A stretch of DNA of 64,000 nt from Octopus sinensis (taxonomy: Eukaryota), in assembly GCF_006345805.1 (NCBI RefSeq), contig NC_042997.1, positions 2,604,001-2,668,000 of the forward strand, in the 5' to 3' direction. The notes under the pieces are model-generated. The model was not told the origin of the DNA. It saw only the letters and a list, made by a program, of their open reading frames with translations, and searched no databases. The position numbers and the translations under genes are program-made. Each line of letters begins with the position of its first letter. Within the stretch, counting starts at the first letter, position 1. This document shows positions 53,266 to 64,000 of the stretch, in pieces.

Positions 53266-54296
53266 CACAATAGAGTGAAACAACTACAGAAGGCATGTAT
53301 TTTATGGTTAAGGAATATATTTAAATCGTCATGTCAGAAAAATGTTATAAAAGTTTCCGTATAGTAACACTGATTTTGGAGAAATAACCGGTTTCGTATT
53401 TTCTTTTCAAATTTCTCAAATTCCTTTAACTATATTGTATGATGTCTTCGCTATGTTGTGAAATATAGAGTTTCAGACAAGGGAAGGTAATCAGAGATTT
53501 TTCCGGTATAAGGGAGATAATCAAAAATGTTGGGAATGACTAGGTTTTATTAATTTAACATGATTTGGTTTAGAAGGAATAGAATATTACGAGTAGTTAG
53601 CTTTTGCTTTCTATTTTTTCAATGAGGTGAGTTTTCTTATTTAAGAATGTTAGAAATAGCACATTGATAGAATGGAAAGGTTACAAATTCTAGTAGCAGT
53701 TGCTTTGCGCATGTCTCAATTTTTTGACTAAAAGCGTATCATTCTGTAATCTGGAAATACAATCTGCTATCCGTGCAGAATGCATCTGCATCTGAGCGAT
53801 AATCTGGTGGACCCCATGTAATTTTGGTGGCAGCCCGAGCATCTTATAACATAGATCAGGTTTTCTGAAGCACAAGTAAAATCTGATTGGATTTTGAATT
53901 TTTATCCCTCTTTCAAAAGGAATTCTGATTCTTCTAGAAGGTTTGGGCATGCTGCACAATTTGGTCGACCACATTTTTTTTCACTTTTGTGTCCGTTATT
54001 TTAGAAAATAATTTGGCCTTTGTGAGGATATTTTTTAGTGATTTCGGTTGTTAGTGGCTTTTAATGATCTTATGTGTGTGTAAAATTTCCTTTAATTTGG
54101 GGTCCTTATGTAGCATTGGTAAATTTTGGGTGATGATAGAGAGAAATTTGAAAAGAAAATACGAAATTGGTTATTTCTCCAGAAATAATGTTACTATACG
54201 CAAAATTTTATAACACTTTCCTAACATAATGATATAAATATATTCTTTAACCATATAACACACCCTTTTGCAGTTTTTCATTCTATTTTGTCTTTA
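53262..54296 (-). mobile_element. Penelope GIY-YIG fragment flanked by ~155-bp inverted repeats
   Basis: Minus strand QNLPMLHKDPKLKEIL...KCGRPNCAACPNL...FTCASENLIYVIRCSGCHQNYMGSTRLSLR; 53262-53417 is the reverse complement of 54141-54296. Confidence 0.9.
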
Positions 54297-54469
54297 ATAC
54301 AACCAACCACATGCCTTCACATACCCACTCTCTCACCGATATATATATATATATATATAAATTTATATATATTTTCATATACATATATATATGTGTGTGT
54401 ATGTGTGTAAACATATATATATATATGGATATGTATTTATAAATATATATGCATGATACATATATATAT

Positions 54470-54528
<59 letters not shown>

Positions 54529-54544
54529 ATAAAAATTATATATA

Positions 54545-55010
54545 AAAATTACAAAAGGGGACAAGAACGCAAACCACACAAAGAGACGATACAAAAAACA
54601 GGTCATTCGAAACCTGTAATCTTCAGTCGGGAACCGGATCATCTAAGCAATTTCGACTGATTTATCCTGATATCGCTCCGATCTGGCCAACCCCAAGGAA
54701 AAACTAAGCTACGAGCATTAGATTTCTTGGAAAAAGGATCGAATGTATACGAAACAAGGACAGAAAACCGGACGATGCCACACGAATATAAATACAAGAA
54801 ACACAAAATAAAAATAAAAAACAGGAATAGTAATAACAGGACAAAAACAGCAGGTGTCTTACGACTTCAGACAATTTAACTTATCTTGGCTGCCGTATTT
54901 TGAAAAAATGCCTTTGCGGCAGACGAAGACAACAGTGTTAATATGGCAGCGGTCAAAGGCGGAAAGACCAGTTGAACAGCAGTCACGTGAGTGGAGAGAA
55001 GAAGAGAGAG
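54545..55010 (-). mobile_element. Probable PLE terminal-repeat/3' region
   Basis: Non-microsatellite block embedded in (TA)n, with PLE-like organisation. The assignment rests on resemblance; no clean coding or ribozyme motif was found. Confidence 0.4.
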
Positions 55011-55619
55011 AAAAAAAGCAGGGGGCAAGGAATCAAAGAGAGAGAGAAAGAAAGGGACAAAGTCACCAAGGGGGATATATATATATACATATATATAATT
55101 ATATGTAGGAATAAGCAAATTTGACGGATCAATATATAAAGTATATTAAATAAATTAAATACAAAATATATGTACGCATATAAAAATGCCCAACCTAAAA
55201 AGAATGCAAATGTTATATAGAATTAAAGGTTTGGAGAAAAAGTATTAGAAATCCGACAGCTGTTTTGGGGACTCGGTGGTACATAATAGTATTTGTAGAT
55301 CATCGGATGAGACCAGATCTTACATTTGAATTTTAAGCGAGAGAAGTTCAATACGGTAATGATTGAATGTGTGGAGCTAAGTGTATTAGATGTGGGAACA
55401 GTGGGGTATTAAAATAGTGAATGGTAAGAAGAGAAGGGATAGTTCAAAGTTAATAAAGAGGTTGGTGGGGAGTAGTAGAAGTTTTATTATTATAGGCATG
55501 GCATTTAATATTCTCATGCTACAAAGTCTTCCTATTTCAAATTTCAAAGGGATTTTCATTTATATATTTATTTTCTTAATTCACTTTTTTACGATCCTGG
55601 AATCAAATTATTCTTTCTG

Positions 55620-55775
<156 letters not shown>

Positions 55776-56592
55776 GAAAGACTCTCAGATAATTCTAAAC
55801 GGTTGTTCTTTACGTGAAAGCAGGCAATAACAAATCACCAAAGGTTTCATGTAGTGCCTTCTCCTGCGACTCAAAGAGACAATACACTCCTTAGAATGCG
55901 AGCTGTATCCAACAATGCTGTTTTCTGGATCACTTCGAGCCTGACAGCAGCTACAACATTCCTAACACATTTTTCAAAGCTTTTGGAAACTGCTCCTAAT
56001 GCTCAAGTACCACCTGTGTCACCATTACTTTCCTCATGCCCCATAAATTTTCTATCCCGTCTCACAGTGGCTGGCACTTCTAATTCTTTTATGTTTCCTT
56101 ACATTTCACCCTCGAATCGCCTGGTATTGCAACATCTATTATCTTTGCTTTTTTTTTATCTTTAGATGATCACGATATATGACCATCTCCTCTCTATTAC
56201 TTGGTCGCACTGTATGTTAAAATTCCAGAGCATTTTTAATGTTCGTTTTCCATTATTCCCTCTGGCTTATGTTAATACGATTGTTCGGCTCTCTTGAAGC
56301 TTACTTAACCGCACAATCGCCAGTGGATATACCTGGACACACTGTCATGTCTCCTTTGGATTCGCGTTGTACGTGTTTACACCACTCACTAACAAAATCG
56401 CTCATATTTTCTCCATTCTCAGAGCACATCCTACACTGTGGCAAGTCAGTGCCTTTATCATTATGATATGTGGAGTAGTAGGTTCCTGAGCACTGCACAC
56501 TAACGCTTCAGTGGGCCCTTTTAACTCTCCTTTCTGCGGCCATTGCTAGGTTCTATTCCAATAAACCGCATCTTTATTTTTCAAGAACTGCC
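55776..56592 (-). mobile_element. R4/Dong-clade non-LTR retrotransposon, 5'-truncated, inserted in (TAA)n
   Basis: Minus strand RKGELKGPTEALVCSAQE, CRMCSENGEN (CCHC), KMLWNFNIQCDQVIE, KIIDVAIPGDSRV, LGAVSK, IQKTALLDTARILRSVL*; (TAA)n lies on both sides. Confidence 0.9.
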
Positions 56593-56652
<60 letters not shown>

Positions 56653-57042
56653 CACTCTTATTAAGATTGTCTGTATTTCAAGTCGTGCATTACTATTAGA
56701 GCAGACTGTAACATCACTAATTGATACGCCGCTCTGAAGTTGCCTATACGATTAGAGTAAACATTTTGTCATGTGCATTTAAGTATATAGTTTTCAGCTT
56801 CTATACAATTCCCGTGCTTGTGCATGTGCTTGCAGCTTGTATTCAGGCGCCTAAGAGGGTGATAATGTGCGAGGATGTGTAAACGTGCATAATCATGCAA
56901 TTGAATGCGTATTCTGAGATTCTGTGCATGTGATGTAGGATTATATATATATATATATATATATAAATTTAAAATGGGGGTGAGAAATTAGATATTAACT
57001 TACTTAAGATCGGGTGTCCACATAGTTGTTTCCCTCTAATAT

Positions 57043-57079
<37 letters not shown>

Positions 57080-57571
57080 GGTGATTAAAATCAAAATAAG
57101 CAACAAGGGCATCCAGAGGTAATGCAGTACGATCGTTTCACGCAACTCCATTTAATTGAAAATTGCAATCATTACATCAATTTAAATGCAGATCAATCTT
57201 CAGCTGCACAAAGACATAGAATTTAATTAAATTAAAACAGATGGACTCATCGGTACAATTTTACCTAAGATCTACAAGTTCAGGAGATAGACAGAGAGTG
57301 TGCTGCCTTCGCTTCGGCTTAGAAGCTACTTATGTATCAGAAAGAAAGACTTGTTACAGATTTTGGCTTGTATTTTATGGGCTCAGTTTTAATTTATAGA
57401 CTAGTTTTATCAAATTCTTTTATATCTAATGCCGAGAGAACAAGGGGCATTGCTTGTTAGGAGTAGACAGAAATCATAGTGGGTATAATCATAAAAATCA
57501 AGATTTATTAGAAGCAATAACCTGAGGTTTGGTAAAGGAAAACTTAAATCAAGATATTAGCTGATAATGAA

Positions 57572-57622
<51 letters not shown>

Positions 57623-57624
57623 AT

Positions 57625-58030
57625 TAGACAAAATGAGATAACAAATCCAAGGCTGTGAGTTTTGAGAGCATTTATAATAAATTAGTTTTACAGCTGTTTT
57701 AGGGATATTATGGCGCTCCCTTCATCAAAGACGGTGTGAGAATATATTTCAGTTCGAATTATTATGGAAAACATAAGGAACATAGAAGGAAATAAGAGAA
57801 TGTAGGTAGAAATAAGATATATACTTATACAGAGAAATTCACCCCAAAGGAAAGGAAAAAAAAATTTAAGCGATTATCTCCCTTACACCGGAAGAAATCA
57901 CTTATTACCTCCCCTTATTTAGAACTATTTTCAACATAAACATAACAATAACTCTTCTCAACATAAACATAACGACGTAAGAAATTTGAAAAGCTGAACG
58001 CGAAACCGGTCTTTCTTCTAAACTATGTCA
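57625..58030. mobile_element. PLE terminal-repeat fragments with two oppositely oriented hammerhead-like motifs
   Basis: Minus 57686-57731: TCT-TTGATGA-A-GGGA...TCCC-TAAAAC-AGCT-GTA. Plus 57979-58017: AAGAAAT-TTGAAAA-GC(tgaac)GC-GAAAC-CG-GTC-TTTCTT. Confidence 0.6.
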
Positions 58031-59569
58031 TTGTAAGAAAAAAATTATAATATTCTTCAGACATATTGACTTAAATATATATTCTTTAACCTTTTAAAAC
58101 AAGCCTTCTGTAGTTTTTTCACTTTTTACTATTTTCTATATATACATATATATATATATATACACATATATACATTCATGGATACATACACACATACATA
58201 CACGCGCACACATACTAACACACACACATATGCAATACAAAGTAAATATAATGTTCATTACATATGTTTGCTTTACTGGAGTAAATTTGACTCATAGCTG
58301 TTTGCTGTTGTCATTATATGCTCGATACTAATGGGTTTACTCAGTCTATTGATCAGTTGAGTACATTTCAACTTTTCACATCTTAATTTTTCAGTACATA
58401 CACATGCAGATAACAATGTGCCTCTGTATCTCACGAACTACCCCTCTATCTTATATGAGAACACCAGCAAGCACCTTCCTCTCATTAACCCACATTAGAA
58501 CCCACCTGTAGTTTATATCCCCTACAACACGCCGCATATATCATCTCCTTACGTATACACCAATTCTCTCGTCGTAACATTATTTAGTATATGGTCTTAT
58601 TTCGTTCTCTGAGTCAGATTAAAATACTCACCTTCTTTCTCTGTGCTTTCTAATCTTTCCTACCCTTTACCTGCAAAGATAGTTTCCCTTGTGTAGTTAC
58701 ATCCAACCCAAACTACCCGCGTTTATGCCGCTCCGCGATCCATTCCTTTTTGTTGCCATTTACAGTTTTGCTTTTCCTTGTGATTCCTTGTACTATCTAT
58801 CTATATATCTATCTATCTGTCTGCCTATCTATCAATATACAGACATATGTACATACATACATATATGCACATATAGAAATACACACAGACATTCAAACAA
58901 ACATATACACTTAGACATACACACATGAATACTTTTAGAAACACTTAGATGTCACTCATAATATCAGTGATGTAAACAAGCAATCATACAGGATTTGGCA
59001 TAAGTCGCAAACAGGAAGTTGTTAGTTTGGCAATTGAAAAACAATAAAAAATCTCATTGTAAAATTTGAAATTTCCTTTGTCAGACATTTGTTTATATAT
59101 TTAACATCTAACCACTCATCAAAATTTGATGTCTAAACCTAAATTTTCTATTGCATTGTAGACTTTATGAATAAGTAACACCATGTATCCTCGAAAGAAT
59201 GTTGTATATGTATATATTACATGCATAGAACTACATTTTGCCACTTATTATTATAAATACACATACATACAAGTATTAATGCATACGGATATGTAAATCT
59301 AGATAAAAGAAATTAAAATTACAATGGAATAAGAAATTATGTTATGATCTACTTTTGCGTACAGCTGATTTTGCTAAGAGATGGAATACTCTCATATTTA
59401 AGTGTTAATGTATCACTCTGTATTTGCATTGTATAGCTGAGACAACTGTAAGCTAAACAAATTCATTGCATGGTTTCTTTCTCACTTCGCATTTTAATTT
59501 CTTGTTAATGCACTATACTCGTGTGACCCATTTTCTTGAAACATATACACTATCAGTATCGTTATGCCT

Positions 59570-59585
59570 AAACGAAATAATAATG

Positions 59586-59636
<51 letters not shown>

Positions 59637-59682
59637 TAATAATAATAATAATATAATAATAATAATAATATAATAATATAAT

Positions 59683-59763
<81 letters not shown>

Positions 59764-59974
59764 GTTTCTACTATAGGCACAAGGCCTGACATTTTGGAGG
59801 AGAGGGTCAGTCGATTGGATTGACTCCAGTACGCAAGTGGTAATTAATTTATCGTCCTCTACAGGATGAATGGCAAAGTCGTTCTCAGCGGAATTTGAAC
59901 TCAGAATGTAACGACAAACGGAACGCCACTAAGCAATTTGCTTAGCGTGCTAATGATTGTGCCAGCTCACAGCC
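59570..59974 (-). mobile_element. Meta-like SINE (59762-59974) with ~190-bp (ATT)n tail
   Basis: Reverse complement aligns to 35111-35324; its 3' end CCTATAGTAGAAACTATT runs directly into (ATT)n. Confidence 0.85.
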
Positions 59975-60076
59975 TAATAATAATGAAAATAATGATGATG
60001 ATGATGATGATGATAACAAAAGCAACAACAATAATATATTTATATTATTATCACCAGCTCTATTTTACTTACTCAC

Positions 60077-60830
60077 CGTCCAAAAAAAGGAGTGCATACT
60101 TTCCACCGACCTACAGTATCTATCATTAGAAAACACAAACTTATTGGTGCCGTCAGAGGTACGCCATCCTGGTGAGCATCAAACCACTGACCGCTGATAC
60201 CCCAGGTATATCACATTAACATCGGCTACAGTTCAATATTGGCTACCGCAAAACAAATTACAGGTTATCTACGCAGACCAAAGTCTTTCTCTCTCGTTTC
60301 GCTTTCTTGGAGGCTTTCTGACAAATTCTCGCTTACTAGAAAGCGAAACGACCCATGTTACACGATGAAAACAGTGAAGATTGAGGTAGGTGTCTGACGT
60401 TTTGGGGATACACAAAAGGTGATGGTTCAAAAAAGTTGCTTAAAATTGAAAGCAACTTGAACAGTGTCAAAACATCCAGTTGCTGGAGGACAATTTCATG
60501 CTAGATTGGGATGAATGTGACATTTTTTAGCATGACGGGGCTTCATGACACATATCCCGTGCAACACAAATAGAGTCTTGCTGATGTTACTTTATTGAAA
60601 GATTAGTCAGATAAGAGCCCTGACTTAAATATAATCGAGCAAATGTGGACAAAATTAAAGAGAAGAATGCTTTAAAAGAATCCACGCAAACTTGAAAAGT
60701 TGTGAGAGCTCAACCACAGAGAGTGTCATCTCAAACCTGCGAAGATGGTGAGGGATTTGTACGCATCTCTTCCTGGGCGCACTGAAGTAATTATTCAAGA
60801 TAAGGGAAAAATTGACACTTTGTTCTCCAG
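60077..60830 (+). mobile_element. Decayed Tc1-like (DD34E) transposon
   Basis: FWGYTKGDGSKKLLKIESNLNS, *HDGAS*H, KSPDLNIIEQMW, LYASLPGRTEVIIQDKG. A putative left end is TA-CTCACCGTCC; the right TIR was not found. Confidence 0.85.
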
Positions 60831-60989
60831 TAAATCTGGCTGCCGTAAAGTGACGCCCTGATATACGAAAGATGATGTGACAACACCACCCGAGACGCAC
60901 ATGTTACTTAGTTTTTAAATGCCCTTGGGGCCAATGGATATCTGATGTACGTGACAAACACCATACGAACACATAGGCCAATGCTACGT

Positions 60990-61290
60990 GGCAAGTGAAA
61001 TCTTTCTAAAACCTGCTTCTAGACAATCTTCACATCAATGGTACGACCGCCTCCGCCATCTACAAGACTATCCGCAGGGAAGAACTCGACATTCTATTGG
61101 CAAATTCGAGACCGTCCCAATTCGAGACTCTACTATGTGCCCATGTACTAAATACGATGCTCCAAATGCCACAATTGTTACATCGGAAGTACAGTACGAT
61201 CACTCTACATACGAATTAAGGTGCACCTTAACCCGAAAATTAACAGTTGATCAGTGCTGAGATGGTGGCTTCTATGAAAACATCACGGCG
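60990..61290 (+). mobile_element. PLE GIY-YIG remnant
   Basis: CSKCHNCYIGSTVRSLYIRIKVHL at about 61159-61230. Confidence 0.65.
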
Positions 61291-62659
61291 ACTGTGACAA
61301 AAGCAATTATATACGCAACCACCACTACCACCACCTACACGTGGCTATACGCCGCAATAACCAAGGAACCAACAACTGGCAACATTTGGTGTGTGACTAT
61401 TATAGCTGTGAACATAACGGCGTCACATCATCCGACGTACTGCGGGTTGCCTACAGCAACAGTTTGCAATTTGTTTACACCAGCGCTCGCTGAGTCAATT
61501 ACACCGACACGTAGGGAGCGACTGCAGTGGGATTTGAACACGCACGCACACACACACACACATCCACTCAGACACATACATATATTCATCCATGCACGAA
61601 TATATAGAACCAGAACCAAAATTGACACACACCTATTTATATGAATATTAAATAAACTCATATATATCTTATTGATTTTATTTTACCTGTTGCGATTTTT
61701 ACCTCTGGTTTTGAAGTTTATATTTTTTCTTAAATGTTTTGCTACGCATATTCATTTCCTGCATTTGAAAGTGTTTATATGTGTAAGATTACCTCATGCG
61801 TGGACTTTATTTTATCAAATGCTACCTCATTAATTCTTGAGTTTACCAGACAATTTTTAACAACTTTTCTCCAATTCCATAACCTTTATTTCATTTGTAT
61901 TACCACCGTTTATTTCGCTAATCTATTATTATACTCACTCCATTTGATTATTTTATCTATTCAGTATTTTGGCACGTTATTATTTAGTTTAAGTATTATA
62001 TGATTTGTAGAATCCTATTTCTTTCTAGAAGGCATGGGTAAGTAGCAAATAAATGTAATTTCATTGATATTCAAGGTTATATTTCGATACTTTCTATTGT
62101 CCTTCTTCTTTTCTTCCTTAATTCGTTTGGCAGATTGAATGCATAAATGCAGGGCTACAAATTGAAATGATTTGAATTCAAAATAATGTTCGATATTTCA
62201 CTGTAATTCAACATTGAATTTTCCTTTAATACTTCTAATTTCAAGTCCCTTCAAAATGCATGTCGTTTCTTTCTTTAAGCTTTTACTCCCACTTGAAGGA
62301 AAGAATAGATTCTTTCTGATTAGGAACACGTTTAATATCAAATTCACTTACATAATATGTGAATCACGAAATTTTCTTTTTACATACTTCATATATTTGT
62401 CTTTTACTTGAAGTATGAGGACTGCAAATCAGATATATTTTAGATTTCTGCTTTTACAATTTGTTTTCAATCGCGTTATTTATTTCAGCTTGTCGTTACA
62501 ATAATTTCTAAAACAACTACAACATATTGAAATTAAACAAAGACACTAAAAATAATTTTAGATGTAATATAGTAAGACATATATCATCTAATTGTATCTG
62601 GAGTGATATTTATCATCAGGAACGGATATTTCACGTCTCTTCTTGAGTATATGTTGAGG

Positions 62660-62715
62660 TTACGATTCCGCTGACATTTGACATTACGATGCTGACATTA
62701 CGATTCCGCTGACAT
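62660..62715. repeat. Short imperfect tandem repeat of TTACGATTCCGCTGACA
   Basis: Three imperfect units are visible. Confidence 0.8.
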
Positions 62716-63054
62716 ATAATGTTCCAACTAAAAAGTTAATTAATTTCAAATTTCTATTCATTGTAACTTGTTGATCTATTATTTAGAAAGTCCAATATTT
62801 TAATTCGAAGTTCTTTCAACCATACTTGCTCAAGTGACGTAACGCAACGAACCTATCATTTTCGTAAAACAACATTTTCGTCAATTTTATTAAATTTGCA
62901 AATATATTTAGTATAAGGAGCACATCCGAAATATCGGTAAACGGTAGTTTCTATGATACATTGAAATATGGGTTTCCTACTTCTTAACACAGAGAAGAAT
63001 AATTGTTTACATGAGCGATAATATCGGTTTCAAAATCGATTACAGTGACTCTCA

Positions 63055-63180
63055 GTGTGAAACTGGTTTTTATTTTATCGACTCTCAACAGATGGAAGAC
63101 AAATAGGACCTCAGTGGAATTTGGACTCCGAACTTAATAATATATGTAATGTTGTTCAGCATTTTACCCGGTGTGCTAAG
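63055..63180 (-). mobile_element. Degraded Meta-like SINE
   Basis: ACTGGTTTTTATTTTATCGAC...GACCTCAGTGGAATTTGGACTC...CCCGGTGTGCTAA aligns to 17685-17780. Confidence 0.65.
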
Positions 63181-63184
63181 GAAA

Positions 63185-63470
63185 GATATGGAAAGGTATA
63201 CATAACACTTGGCATCAATCGGAGAAAAAATTTAAAAAAACATGCACCATTTCTGACAAATATGGTATGAGTATTGAAAAAAGGTGGAATAAACAACACC
63301 CAAAATAGAATGCAAAATTATTGCTAAAGTGAAAATATACGGAGAACGGTGTAACTTATGTGAAATCTATATTACTGAAAAACTAAAGATTATACAATCA
63401 ACATGTAACAACATGTTAGAGATGAAACCTCCCGCTTCATGCACAAGCAATATTTTACAATCAAATACTT
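63185..63470 (+). mobile_element. Penelope GIY-YIG C-terminal remnant
   Basis: KIIAKVKIYGERCNLCEIYITEKLKII...NNML matches WKIIxKAxxY...CNLCxxEKxxII...NML. Confidence 0.7.
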
Positions 63471-63478
63471 CAAAGAAG

Positions 63479-63550
<72 letters not shown>

Positions 63551-63599
63551 GTATATATATATATATCTTTGTATATGAATGTCCATATATAAGTAAGTT

Positions 63600-63830
63600 A
63601 TAAATAATCTCGTTGCACTGCCATCCGAGCATTTTCTGTTAATCAATCTCTTTAATTTTCTATTACACTCTAAACACCAATCTATGAGAGTTTCACTGGA
63701 AGCAATGATATTCGGGGAATTTCTTATACTTTTGTTGAAAATCTTCTAGAGAAGTTGTCAATGTTTCTTCCACATTCTTCTCAAATCATTTGGGTCAACG
63801 ACTTTCTTTGAGATCTCTAGCAATATATAC
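63600..63830 (-). mobile_element. Penelope pre-GIY-YIG remnant
   Basis: Minus strand KIFNKSIRNSPNII...CN...KC...IIY. Confidence 0.5.
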
Positions 63831-63965
63831 CACTTCAGTTACTTATGTATGGATGTATCCATACACACACACACAAAGAAGCACACAAAGAAACACATAT
63901 TCACACACATGGACACACACATTTATGCACATAATACATAAAATATGTGTACGCCTTTATGCTTA

Positions 63966-64000
<35 letters not shown>

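Noticed and set aside
53440-53490. Possible hammerhead remnant in the 3' UTR of the 53-54 kb Penelope
   Set aside because: Both core halves are too degenerate to support.
61255-61290. CTGAGATGGTG...GAAAACATCA hammerhead-like string
   Set aside because: It needs several corrections in core and stem II, so it is not counted.

Overview
This is an AT-rich, microsatellite-saturated eukaryotic window. I found no recognisable host protein-coding gene, rRNA, intact tRNA or CRISPR array. The repeat landscape ((TA)n/(TAGA)n/(TAA)n arrays, CORE-like and Meta-like tRNA-derived SINEs, and decayed Penelope, CR1-like, RTE, R4/Dong, mariner and Tc1 copies) fits intronic or intergenic DNA of a coleoid cephalopod, most likely Octopus; this is inference from repeat types, not a database match. 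Almost all ORFs in the supplied track are microsatellite translations, and the rest are broken transposon frames. The main structure not explained by ordinary annotation is a dense set of Penelope-like element (PLE) remnants. They carry about ten minimal type I hammerhead-ribozyme-like motifs of several architectures, including an A6-to-U core variant seen in two copies and a form with a roughly 70-nt stem II. They also repeatedly form inverted-repeat foldbacks (arms 70-900 bp), one with perfectly identical 70-bp arms. Other notable items are a fold-back micro-inversion inside an R4-like endonuclease, a Dong-like element inside a (TAA)n array, a 3' stem-loop shared by a SINE and a CR1-like LINE, and a possible twin-primed (5'-inverted) CR1 insertion. 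All alignments were done by eye, and boundaries of decayed copies are approximate.
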